From a virus (lineage: Duplodnaviria; Caudoviricetes): 64,000 nt of DNA. The translations under genes were made by a program, and so were the position numbers. Under the pieces are notes generated by a model. The model was not told where the DNA came from, searched no databases, and was given only the letters and a program-made list of their open reading frames with translations. Below, piece by piece: positions 27,552 through 36,048 of this stretch (position 1 is the first letter of the stretch; each line of letters starts with the position of its first letter). The stretch is from IMG/VR virus record IMGVR_UViG_3300044652_000025, positions 64,001-128,000 of that record. One strand, 5' to 3'.

Positions 27552-27953
27552 TCAGGCCCGCAACATGGCCCGGATCATGCTGAGGGCGCTGCGGGCCTCC
27601 AGCGCCGAGTCCGGGATCCCGTTCTCGATCTCGTCCAGAAGCAGACCGATCTCCGTCCTGGCCGACATCAACGCGTCGATCTGGTTCAGGGCGTCGGCCA
27701 GCGCCTGGCGGGCGTCGTGCAGGGTGTCGTTGGGGAGCGGAACCTTCAGGTCGACCTCGATCTCCCTCGGCGGGATCGTCAGCACGGTGGCTTCGGTCGC
27801 CGCCTGCGACGGATGCTGCGTCTCCTCCCATATCCGGCGCTGTCGGACGCTGGGGGCGTTCTCCTGGGCCATACAGGGGCCGTCGTGGCCCTTCTCAAGG
27901 GTGCAAGGGTAAACCACGAACGACTTGCCGACATGCGAGCCGCACTCGCCCAT
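27552..27953 (-). CDS. hypothetical protein
   Basis: C..CTLEKGHDGPC motif plus helical C-terminus. Confidence 0.6.
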   Translation of the reverse strand: MGECGSHVGKSFVVYPCTLEKGHDGPCMAQENAPSVRQRRIWEETQHPSQAATEATVLTIPPREIEVDLKVPLPNDTLHDARQALADALNQIDALMSARTEIGLLLDEIENGIPDSALEARSALSMIRAMLRA

Positions 27954-27954
27954 C

Positions 27955-28446
27955 TCAGGCGACCTGGGTCTTGCGGTGGCTGTGCTCGCCGATGAGGTGG
28001 GTCACCAGCGCGTCACTGGAACTGAAGACCTGGCGACAGTCGGGGCACTGGGCGCCGCTCTCTTCTTCGTAGACCTCGAACTCCGGCGCCAGGTGGCCGT
28101 AGATCCGGCCCTGGACCTGGACGATGCGAAGGGCGTTGAGTAGCTGCTCGCCGGTGATGCCGCCGTTCATAGCCAGAGCGTGGGCCATCCGCTCGACGTC
28201 GACCAGGGAGTAGGTCCTGGCGCCGGACTTGGACCGGGACGCCCCCACCGGCTCGCCATCGAGGATGAGCCTGCCCTTGCGCTCGTTCCACCGGATCCAA
28301 TGGCTCGACCGGCCGAAGAAGACCTTGGCCAGTTCGCCGACGGAGAAGCGCGGCTCTTCTTCGATGGCGGCGGGATCCACGTCGTCGAAGAGATAGCCGT
28401 CGGTAGGCAGATCGTCGCTGATCACGACGCGGGCGGGGGAGTCCAT
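27955..28446 (-). CDS. MerR-like HTH protein with C-terminal C2H2 zinc finger
   Basis: FSVGELAK..WIRWNE...GARTYSLVDVE; CPDC...F.....L..H....H. Confidence 0.7.
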   Translation of the reverse strand: MDSPARVVISDDLPTDGYLFDDVDPAAIEEEPRFSVGELAKVFFGRSSHWIRWNERKGRLILDGEPVGASRSKSGARTYSLVDVERMAHALAMNGGITGEQLLNALRIVQVQGRIYGHLAPEFEVYEEESGAQCPDCRQVFSSSDALVTHLIGEHSHRKTQVA

Positions 28447-28545
28447 GGGTGTCCTTTGCTCAGTGGTAGTGGTTGCGGAACAGGCCGCTGGCACCGGTCC
28501 AAACGAGACAGCCCCCCTGACGCTCTCCTCGACCCCAGAGCCGAT

Positions 28546-29286
28546 TCACCGGTTGTACGCGTTCCGGAGGTAGAGCGCGGCCGACGGTTCGGAGCGCTCG
28601 GTCGCTTCTCGGATGGCGTTGATCAGGGAGGGCTTGCGCTTGAGGGCCAGCATGACCTTGTGTTCGTCCACCACGCGGGTCTGGGTCGTCATCTCCAGGT
28701 AGTCCTCGTTGGTGAAGTCCAGGTCGGGCCGGTCGATCAGACTCTTGAGGGTGTCGGCGTTGAGGGTGCAGCTACCCTCCCGGACCTCCCGGGTGAACTT
28801 CTTGCCGGTGCCCGGTGCCCCGAGGCATTCGCCCCGCACGATGAAGTGACCGCGCTTGTCGAGGTGGGCGGTAGCCGTCAGCCCGGCCTCTTCGGCCTCG
28901 ATGTCGAGGTGGGTGAAGATCGTGGTCCGCATCCCCTCGTGGCGGTCCTCCACGAGCTTCTTCAGCTGATCGAGGACCTGCTTCTCCTCGACGAGCGCGG
29001 TCACCTCGACCGGCTGGAGCTTGCGCCGCTCGGTCGGCACCACCTTGCCGAACACCTCGGGCAGACGCTCGATGGCCTGGCGCTGGGCGTGGGTGATGAC
29101 CGCCACCGACGGCTCCGGCCGGGGCTGGTCGAGCGGCACCGGCTCCTGCGGGGTGATGGTGCGGAGCAGGTCAGTGAAGGCGATGGCGCCGGTGTTGATC
29201 TTGCCGACGACGAGCCGGACGATCTCGTCGAGGGCGGCGGGCTGCTGGTCCTGTGCCGGGTCTTCCCGAGTCAGGTCTTCAGTCAT
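28546..29286 (-). CDS. conserved hypothetical phage protein
   Basis: Strong coding pattern; ATG at 29286. Confidence 0.65.
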   Translation of the reverse strand: MTEDLTREDPAQDQQPAALDEIVRLVVGKINTGAIAFTDLLRTITPQEPVPLDQPRPEPSVAVITHAQRQAIERLPEVFGKVVPTERRKLQPVEVTALVEEKQVLDQLKKLVEDRHEGMRTTIFTHLDIEAEEAGLTATAHLDKRGHFIVRGECLGAPGTGKKFTREVREGSCTLNADTLKSLIDRPDLDFTNEDYLEMTTQTRVVDEHKVMLALKRKPSLINAIREATERSEPSAALYLRNAYNR

Positions 29287-29340
29287 TTTTCGATCTATCC
29301 CCCGGGTGCGTGTGTCAACAATTCTTGAGACAGAATAGCA

Positions 29341-29374
29341 GAGGCCCCCAGGCCTTGGGAACCCTGGGGGCCTC
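29341..29374. terminator. hairpin after DinG
   Basis: gaggcccccagg...cctgggggcctc. Confidence 0.55.
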
Positions 29375-29398
29375 GCCTCCACCCGGTGCATGACGCCA

Positions 29399-31378
29399 TC
29401 ACGGCCGGGCGAAGAACTCCTCGACGTCGTCGAGGTTGCTGGTCAGCGGCGCCGGGGGCAGCGACCGGACGATCGCCTTCCCGTAGCCCTTGGTCTTGAC
29501 CCGGGGGTCGAGCAGGGCGAACACCCCGGTGTCGTTACGGTGGCGGATCAGCCGCCCGAAGCCCTGCTTGAGCACCAGGCTCATCTCCGGGATGGTGTAC
29601 TCGGCGAAATCGTTCCGGCCCGCCCGCTTGATGGCGTCGGTCCGGGCCTCCACGATCGGGTCGCTCGGCACCGGGAAGGGCAGCTTGTCGATCACCACCA
29701 GGGAGCAGGTCTCGCCCTGGAAGTCCACCCCGGTGAAGAACGACGCCGTGGCGAAGAGCACGCTGTGGACGTCGGCCTTGAACTCCTCCATGAGGGCCTT
29801 GTTGGGACGCTCGCCCTGGATCATCGTCCGGTGGGGGATCCGGTCGGCGATGGCCTCGTAGCACGCCTTCATCTCCCGGTTGGAGGTGAAGAGCAACAGC
29901 GCCCGGCCGTCGGAGTGCGTCACCAGTTCCAGCGCCCGAGCCGCCATCAGGGAGGACCAGGCCGCCCGGTTGGCCGGAGTCGGCTCCGGCAGGTCGGTCG
30001 GGACGTAGAACCGGGCCTGCGAGGCGTAGTCGAACGGGGTGCCCACGTCGATCGAGTCGAAGGCGTCGATGCCCAGCCGACCGGCGATGTAGTCGAACTT
30101 CCCGCCCACCGCCAGGGTGGCCGAGACCAGGACCGCCGTGACCCCCGCCTCGAAGAGATTCTCCCGCAGGTACGGGGCCACCGTCACCGGGGCGGTCTTG
30201 AGGACCAGGTTGCCGCGGTTGTCACGCTCGATCCAGCGGACCAGGTCGTCGAAGCTGGCCAGGATCATGGCCTTGAAACGGGCCACGGTGGAGGCCGTCC
30301 GCCGGGAGAGCCGCGTCCGGCGCTTGGCCACGTCGCCGTAGGAGTCGACCGGCACGCTCTGGAGGAGCGTGACGTCGGCCACCGCGGCGTGGAGGTCGTC
30401 GAGAGCGTTGGCCATGCCGACGAAGGCGTCGCCGTGCTCCAGGAGCACCGCCTCCCGGATCCGTAGCTTGTCGGTACGGGCGGCCTCGAAGGTCCGCTCC
30501 AGGTCCGAGAAGAGAACCGTCATCGCCGTGAGCACCGCGTTCCCGGCGGCCTCCAGGTCGTCGGCCCGAGCCGGGACGTGACGGCGACCGAAGTTGCGGA
30601 CCTCGCTCACCAGGTGGCTCACGCCACCGGTCTTGAACTCCGACCCGAGCGTCGAGGAGGCGTACTTCTCCACCTCGTGAGCTTCGTCGAAGATCACCAC
30701 GGAGTACTCGTCCAGCATGCTGGCGGCCCCGCCGGTGACCTCCCGGACGACCAGGTCGGTCAGCAGGAGGGCGTGGTTGACGACCACGACCTGCGCCGCC
30801 TTGGCCCGGACCCGAGCCCGCTGGGCGAAGCACAGGCCGACCTTGGAGCACTCAGCCGCCGTGCAGTCCTCGGAGTCGGCCGCCACCCGGCGCCACTCGG
30901 CGTCGGTGAGGGAGAACGGGAAGGACTCCCGGTCGCCGATGAACTCGGGATCGGTGGCCAGGTCAGTGGCCCGAGCGATGAACCCGGCGATCCCGGGGAA
31001 GTCCGCCGGGTCGACCGTCGCCGCCCGGTTGAGGCAGGCGTAGTTCGAGCGGCCCTTGAGGAGGGCGAAGGCGAAGGGGACGCCCAGGTGGTCCTGGAGG
31101 AACGGGACGTCAAAATTGGCCACCTGGTCCTGGAGGGCCTTGGTGGCCGTCGAGACGACGACCCGCTTGCCAGCCAGGATGGCGGGGATGAGGTAGCCGA
31201 GGCTCTTGCCGGTGCCACAGCCAGCCTCACCGAGGAGGTGACGGCCGGAGAGCACGGCGGCCTCGACGGCCGCGGCGAGCGCCTGCTGGGGCGGACGGCT
31301 CTCGTAGCCGGGGAGCGTCGCGGCGAGGACGGCCTCGGCCTCCGCGAACGTCCTGGGTCGTACTGCCGAGTCGGGCAA
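29399..31378 (-). CDS. dinG: DinG/YoaA-family Fe-S helicase
   Basis: EAGCGTGKS, LKGRSNYAC, DEAH, SATL, FFTGVD, DKLPF, QGFGRLIR. Confidence 0.93.
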   Translation of the reverse strand: MPDSAVRPRTFAEAEAVLAATLPGYESRPPQQALAAAVEAAVLSGRHLLGEAGCGTGKSLGYLIPAILAGKRVVVSTATKALQDQVANFDVPFLQDHLGVPFAFALLKGRSNYACLNRAATVDPADFPGIAGFIARATDLATDPEFIGDRESFPFSLTDAEWRRVAADSEDCTAAECSKVGLCFAQRARVRAKAAQVVVVNHALLLTDLVVREVTGGAASMLDEYSVVIFDEAHEVEKYASSTLGSEFKTGGVSHLVSEVRNFGRRHVPARADDLEAAGNAVLTAMTVLFSDLERTFEAARTDKLRIREAVLLEHGDAFVGMANALDDLHAAVADVTLLQSVPVDSYGDVAKRRTRLSRRTASTVARFKAMILASFDDLVRWIERDNRGNLVLKTAPVTVAPYLRENLFEAGVTAVLVSATLAVGGKFDYIAGRLGIDAFDSIDVGTPFDYASQARFYVPTDLPEPTPANRAAWSSLMAARALELVTHSDGRALLLFTSNREMKACYEAIADRIPHRTMIQGERPNKALMEEFKADVHSVLFATASFFTGVDFQGETCSLVVIDKLPFPVPSDPIVEARTDAIKRAGRNDFAEYTIPEMSLVLKQGFGRLIRHRNDTGVFALLDPRVKTKGYGKAIVRSLPPAPLTSNLDDVEEFFARP

Positions 31379-31464
31379 AGGATCCTCCTGGTCGGGAGAG
31401 AGATGGAGCGGCGGGACGGGGGACTGGGGATCCCCCGCCCGCCACTTATAGCTTACCCTATCTC

Positions 31465-31569
31465 TTAGAAAGTATTACAGTCCATCTGGGCAAATCTGTC
31501 AAGGTAAGCGATAGCCCCTCGAAGCCGTTCGGGATCATCACGGCACTGCCGACAGGCGATCTGCTTCAC
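31465..31569 (-). pseudogene. endonuclease VII remnant
   Basis: CRQC-RDDPERLRGAIAYL is the EndoVII C-terminal signature without the catalytic part. Confidence 0.55.
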
Positions 31570-31877
31570 CCAGTCTTCTCCCAGAGGACGTAGGGGCTCG
31601 CACCCCGCATCTGCCGGAGGCGATTCTTCTCGTCCAGCCAGTGCCGCGGCTCGCGCTCGTGGTAGCCCGGATCGGTCTGCACGATGGTGATGACCACCCG
31701 GTCCCTGGCGTGAGCCCGCACGATGATCCCGCCGCGGCGGTAGCAGTCCATCCCGTCCTTCTGGGTCCACGTCGCCTCGGGATCCTCCAGGGCCTCGACG
31801 ACCGCGGCCCGGGTCAGACCCATCTCCAGCATCCGGAGGTAGGCGTGCCGGTGAATGAACCAGGGGGCCTCACCCAT
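31566..31877 (-). CDS. DUF4258-like protein
   Basis: HAYLRMLEMGL...VVITIV. Confidence 0.6.
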   Translation of the reverse strand: MGEAPWFIHRHAYLRMLEMGLTRAAVVEALEDPEATWTQKDGMDCYRRGGIIVRAHARDRVVITIVQTDPGYHEREPRHWLDEKNRLRQMRGASPYVLWEKTG

Positions 31878-32295
31878 CGAGCGCCCCCTCCCGCATCAGC
31901 TTCTCGGCCAGAGCCGCCCCGGCAGCCGTGAAACGCTGCTGGGTGATGTCGATCCGGTAGCGAGCGATGGCCTCCCTGGCCAGCATGGTGCCGATGCCCT
32001 TGCCGCGGTGATTGGGGTCCACCCAGATGTTGGCGTTGCCCGCCTTCTCGCCGCCCATGCGGAAGGTCACGCCGCGGTGGGTGATCCGCTCGCCGGGCAC
32101 GTCGTCCGGGTAGTAGTTGAGGATCCCGCGCAGGAGGCCGTCCTGGTCCCGCCACAGCAGGCAGTGGACCGTGGCCCCGTTGAGGGGATGCACCTCCTCG
32201 GTGAAGCCGGGCTCGCCCCGGCGGTCGTACTGGCAGACCTGGGAGGCCCAGTCGAACACCTCCCGGCCGATGGTGGCCTTCGGCTTCCAGGTCAT
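31870..32295 (-). CDS. GNAT acetyltransferase
   Basis: WVDPNHRGKGIGT acetyl-CoA binding motif A. Confidence 0.8.
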   Translation of the reverse strand: MTWKPKATIGREVFDWASQVCQYDRRGEPGFTEEVHPLNGATVHCLLWRDQDGLLRGILNYYPDDVPGERITHRGVTFRMGGEKAGNANIWVDPNHRGKGIGTMLAREAIARYRIDITQQRFTAAGAALAEKLMREGALDG

Positions 32296-32462
32296 GAGGC
32301 CACCCACCGCTTGGCGAAAGGGTCGATGCCCCGCTCCATCAGTTCCGCGTCCCGTTCCATCTGCTCGGCCATGGCGATCGTCGACGCGGCCAGCGCCCGA
32401 TGTTCGGCCGCCATCCGCCGACTGATGACGGCCCGTTCGGCGAGGGTTAGTTTGCGCTTCAT
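32292..32462 (-). CDS. small hypothetical protein
   Basis: ATGA coupling; flanked by a 16-bp direct repeat. Confidence 0.55.
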   Translation of the reverse strand: MKRKLTLAERAVISRRMAAEHRALAASTIAMAEQMERDAELMERGIDPFAKRWVAS

Positions 32463-32878
32463 GAGGCCACCCACTGGCGTTCGGCGCAGGCGGCGCAGTA
32501 GCGGGTGCCCGACATGAAGAACTGCGGGGTGTCACCCCGGTACTCGACGTAGGTGTCGCCAGGATGGATGACGCCCAGACAGTCGGGGTGGTACTCGGGG
32601 TTGGGGACCGGGACGATCTCGAAGGTCGGCGGGGCCGTCTCGGGAAACCGGGGGTGGCAGGTGCCCCGGCGCTGGCGTTCGATCCCGGCTTCGGCCTGCT
32701 CCATGGTCTTGTAGCGGTAGGAGCCCTCCATGTCGGCGGTCGACCCGTCGGGCATCCGGTGGTGGCAGTGTCGGACGGCCTCGTAGCTCCGGACCGGCTC
32801 GGCGCCGATGCAGCGGTACTCCTTGCGGGCCGTGCGGACGATGCAGTTCTCGGCGAGGGTGACGGCTCGGAGGTTCAC
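32459..32878 (-). CDS. hypothetical Zn-binding protein
   Basis: ARKEYRC...I.PGDTY...YCAAC. Confidence 0.6.
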   Translation of the reverse strand: MNLRAVTLAENCIVRTARKEYRCIGAEPVRSYEAVRHCHHRMPDGSTADMEGSYRYKTMEQAEAGIERQRRGTCHPRFPETAPPTFEIVPVPNPEYHPDCLGVIHPGDTYVEYRGDTPQFFMSGTRYCAACAERQWVAS

Positions 32879-33147
32879 CGGCGGCGCTCCCTCCGCTCGC
32901 CGCCGCGGGTTTGGGCGACCCGGCGGATCCGGTCGGGACGGACGGCGTGGAACTGGAGCCGACCGCGCTTGCCGCCGAAGACCTCGACGTGGCGGACCTC
33001 GCCGGTGGCGTCGTCGACCTCGATGGCCTTGACCACCGCCTCGAACGAGGCGCCCTTGAGGTCCGGGGCGGGCAGCACCTTGACGATGTCACCCACCCTG
33101 ATGAAGTTCCTGGCGCCCTCGGGGCGCCACTCCTGTAGTCGCATCAT
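32875..33147 (-). CDS. SH3-like small protein
   Basis: IRVGDIVKV...VEVFGG...VRPDRI; AGGAG SD. Confidence 0.6.
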   Translation of the reverse strand: MMRLQEWRPEGARNFIRVGDIVKVLPAPDLKGASFEAVVKAIEVDDATGEVRHVEVFGGKRGRLQFHAVRPDRIRRVAQTRGGERRERRR

Positions 33148-33257
33148 TGATCTATCTCCTGGAGCATCGGTACCCGGCTGGCGGACCGGGCGGCGGGCAG
33201 ACCGCCCACCATCTCAATTATACGCAGCCTGTCAAGTATCCCTTGTGGGGAAGGCCT

Positions 33258-33294
33258 GTCGGCCACCTGAGTTATATCGTCTCAGGTGGCCGAC
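33258..33294. terminator. 14-bp-stem hairpin
   Basis: gtcggccacctgag-N9-ctcaggtggccgac. Confidence 0.55.
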
Positions 33295-33303
33295 GAGAGG
33301 CCT

Positions 33304-33486
33304 CTACGGCAAGAGGTCGGGGTCGAAGCGGCCCGGGGCCTTACCCGATCCCTCGCACCGGACGGTCCGGTGGTCGTTGACCAGAACGGCGTAGGCCGTC
33401 ACGAGGCGCCGGTGGACGGCGAGCTTGCCGTCGGCGACGGTGACATCGCCGCCGCACCAGGGGCACTCACCGACCGGCCGTGTCAC
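33304..33486 (-). CDS. small Zn-ribbon protein
   Basis: CPWC...H...CEGSG. Confidence 0.6.
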   Translation of the reverse strand: MTRPVGECPWCGGDVTVADGKLAVHRRLVTAYAVLVNDHRTVRCEGSGKAPGRFDPDLLP

Positions 33487-33800
33487 CGCATCTCCCGCAG
33501 CTTGCGCTGGATGGTCTCCAGCGCCCGGATGTTGGAGCGGATGATGCCGTGCTCCTCCCACTCCGAGGGCAGGCCGTCCTTGATGTTGCCGAGGATGACG
33601 ATGGCGTCGTCGATCTCCTCGATGAAGTCGGCGAGGAGTTTGGTCGGGACGACAAGGTGGTGGTCGCCGGTGAGCGACACCCCCATTGTCTCCCAGTCGG
33701 CCAGGCCTTCTCCGTCGATCTCCTCGGGGACCGGCTTGCCGAGCATCCACTCCGCGGCGTCGATCTGGCGGATGCCGCGCAGCTTGAGCGCGATCTGCAT
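33483..33800 (-). CDS. hypothetical protein
   Basis: AAAGGAG SD; first gene after the 33902 promoter. Confidence 0.65.
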   Translation of the reverse strand: MQIALKLRGIRQIDAAEWMLGKPVPEEIDGEGLADWETMGVSLTGDHHLVVPTKLLADFIEEIDDAIVILGNIKDGLPSEWEEHGIIRSNIRALETIQRKLREMR

Positions 33801-33901
33801 GAGCAGATCTCCTTTCCTGGGGCTATGTCGTTGTCAATGAGCAGGTGCCGGGCTGGCGGACCCGGCGGTCAGGGGGCGAGCCGTTCCCGCCCCGCACTCT
33901 A

Positions 33902-33929
33902 AGTATACCCGCTCACCGATAAGTTGCAA
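33902..33929 (-). promoter_or_regulatory. sigma-A-like promoter TTGCAA-16-TATACT
   Basis: Near-consensus; shares a 12-mer with 111..122. Confidence 0.55.
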
Positions 33930-34270
33930 CATGCCCTCTTCTGGTATGATGCATCAATAGTCACACCAGAGCACAGATATTGACAGGAGATACGCAACAG
34001 TAGTTAACAACAAGAAATCTGATCGACTGATCTGTATTTTCTGAGCAGGGATTGACAGCATCATCGTGAGTGCTGCGGTCATCAGGTCTGTTGCTGTTGA
34101 GGCTGGTGTGATCCACCCGCCCTATAGGGCCTTGTAACCACTTGCAATGGTTACTAGACTCTTCAAACGCGCACAGGCGAAGCAGGAGGAAGGCGGCCCG
34201 AAGGGCCGCCGAACTACTCGTGGGGGTCTGGGACTCCCGGTTACTGACGAGTATTTGTTCCCCGAACAGC
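33930..34270. other. AT-rich structured non-coding region, candidate replication origin
   Basis: Low GC, GATC/TGAT repeats, hairpins at 34134-34154 and 34192-34210. Confidence 0.45.
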
Positions 34271-34278
34271 GTGTAATA

Positions 34279-34292
34279 CGAACGACCGTTCG
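34279..34292. promoter_or_regulatory. LexA (SOS) box CGAAC-gacc-GTTCG
   Basis: Matches the Gram-positive GAAC-N4-GTTC consensus; lies between a leftward TTGACC and TATTAC. Confidence 0.65.
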
Positions 34293-34307
34293 GTCCTGGT
34301 CAACCCC

Positions 34308-34649
34308 CTACGAGACCGCCCAGCCCGCCCGGCCCGGCCCTGGCCCGCCCGGTACCTCCAGGCGCTGGCCGTTCAGCTGCTTGGAGCGCTCCTCCCGTAG
34401 GCCGTTGAGGAGGGCCTGGACCAGCCGGTCGACAGCCTCGGCGTCAGCCACCGCCGGTCCCTGGACCAGTGCCTGGTTGTGGACCATCGTGTCGAGCACC
34501 GCGCCCTTCATCGACGTCACGACCACCACCACCGGCCCCTGGGTGGTCACCGCCGGGATCGCGTCCCAGTAGACCTCGTCCCCCGCCGCGTGCCGCTCGA
34601 CCGACTCCGAGACCCAGGACGCGATCATCTCGCTGATCCTCCGGCTCAT
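34308..34649 (-). CDS. hypothetical protein
   Basis: GGAGG SD; starts MSRRISEM. Confidence 0.6.
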   Translation of the reverse strand: MSRRISEMIASWVSESVERHAAGDEVYWDAIPAVTTQGPVVVVVTSMKGAVLDTMVHNQALVQGPAVADAEAVDRLVQALLNGLREERSKQLNGQRLEVPGGPGPGRAGWAVS

Positions 34650-34959
34650 CTTCTGGCCTCCATCTCTGCGCGTAGGGCCGCTTCGTCCACAGGTCACCGC
34701 AGTTGTCCCACCAGACGTCGCCCAGGGACTCCCAGTCTTCCTCGTCCATCACAGCTTGAGCCGGTGCGCCCTCTACATCGACAGGGCCTCGCCGTCACAC
34801 TAGATCGAGAAAGCCTGCACATTTCCCGGACGTCCCTGCACATATACAGAATGACGGTGGACATTCCAGGAAGTGAGGGGTTAACACCGGCCCCTGAGCA
34901 CGACATCTAACAGATAGACCCGTCGCCAGACGGATCAGCCCCAGGAAAGGACATCAATC

Positions 34960-35115
34960 ATGCGTAAGCTCACGATCACGCTTGTCGGTTCCGCTTCGGA
35001 TATCGATTGGCTGAAGGATCGGATCATGCCGATGGTCGAAGAGACGATCATCGAAGAGGAAGGCCGCCTCGACGGCCTCGTGAAGGTCGACTACGACTGG
35101 AACGACATGCGGTAA
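34960..35115 (+). CDS. small acidic protein (51 aa)
   Basis: Read manually: MRKLTITLVGSASDIDWLKDRIMPMVEETIIEEEGRLDGLVKVDYDWNDMR; AAAGGA SD. Confidence 0.65.
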   Translation: MRKLTITLVGSASDIDWLKDRIMPMVEETIIEEEGRLDGLVKVDYDWNDMR

Positions 35116-35118
35116 AAC

Positions 35119-35159
35119 GCGATGAGGCCCCGGGTTCCGCCGCCCGGGGCCTCATGCGC
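35119..35159. terminator. bidirectional hairpin terminator
   Basis: atgaggccccggg...cccggggcctcat between convergent genes; near-identical hairpin at 35457..35489. Confidence 0.65.
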
Positions 35160-35179
35160 GTACTGCTCCCCAGCAGGGC

Positions 35180-35365
35180 CTAGAAACCGCCGAAGCCGTT
35201 CCCAATGTTCCAGAACGACCAGCCGTTGCCGGATCCGTTGAGCGTGATGAGGCAGACGTTCTTGCGGATCGAGACCGATCCGAAGTGGCAGCGCCGCCGC
35301 AGCTGGGCCGTGTCAGCCAGCGACGGCAGGACGGTTACGTCGTCGGTGATGGTCAGTTCGTGCAT
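35180..35365 (-). CDS. small hypothetical protein
   Basis: AGGGG SD; ends WNIGNGFGGF. Confidence 0.5.
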   Translation of the reverse strand: MHELTITDDVTVLPSLADTAQLRRRCHFGSVSIRKNVCLITLNGSGNGWSFWNIGNGFGGF

Positions 35366-35576
35366 GGTGATTCCCCCTAGCTAGTGGGTGGTTGCCAGAG
35401 GGATTCGACACCGTTTGACCCGGTTCCTGCTCGTATGACCGATTCGTCCCGAAAGTGAGAGGCCCCGGGATCGCCGCCCGGGGCCTCTCGGTGATGTTCG
35501 AGTCTCACCGATCTCCATAGTGGCATGAAGGGGACGAAAGGGACACTCGGTGCCGGTTACGATCCGGTGACGTCTC

Positions 35577-35627
35577 TTGCTCAGATCGAAGATAGAGCGT
35601 ATGGTGCTCTCTAACTCAGATCGAAGA
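35577..35627 (+). promoter_or_regulatory. promoter TTGCTC-17-TATGGT overlapped by a 13-bp direct repeat
   Basis: ctcagatcgaaga at 35580 and 35615. Confidence 0.55.
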
Positions 35628-35641
35628 AAGAGAGAGCGTTC

Positions 35642-35995
35642 ATGGTCATCACCGAAGGCGACCTCCTCCGGCTCCAGGCGAGCGTCAACGACCTCGCCCA
35701 TCAGATTCACCATCTCGTAGAACGTCACCGGGAGAACACCGATCCCCGCGACTGGGAAGCCCGCCGCTTCGCCCAGCTGCTCGACTATGTCTACGCCCAC
35801 CAGCCGGTGGAGCTTTACGGCGAGTTGACGGCCAAGGCCAAGGAGTTCGGCTACACCCGCTTCCCCAACCGGAGCTTCGCCTCCGAGCAGGTTCCCAACG
35901 GCGTGTTCCGCAAGGTCACCGTCGGCGGCACGGTGATGGTCGAGTTGACCGACTCCGGGATCGCCACTCACCAGGCTCTGCTTCGTTACCTCTGA
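35642..35995 (+). CDS. hypothetical protein (possible winged helix)
   Basis: Own promoter; VELTDSG resembles a wHTH wing end. Confidence 0.6.
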   Translation: MVITEGDLLRLQASVNDLAHQIHHLVERHRENTDPRDWEARRFAQLLDYVYAHQPVELYGELTAKAKEFGYTRFPNRSFASEQVPNGVFRKVTVGGTVMVELTDSGIATHQALLRYL

Positions 35996-36048
35996 ACGCG
36001 GCGGGGGCCGGGATGATTGTCCCCGTCACCCCGGCCCCCCACCGCGAT

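Noticed and set aside
34147-34572. + strand 141-aa ORF
   Set aside because: Overlaps a better minus-strand gene and the hairpin/LexA region; atypical codons and no SD
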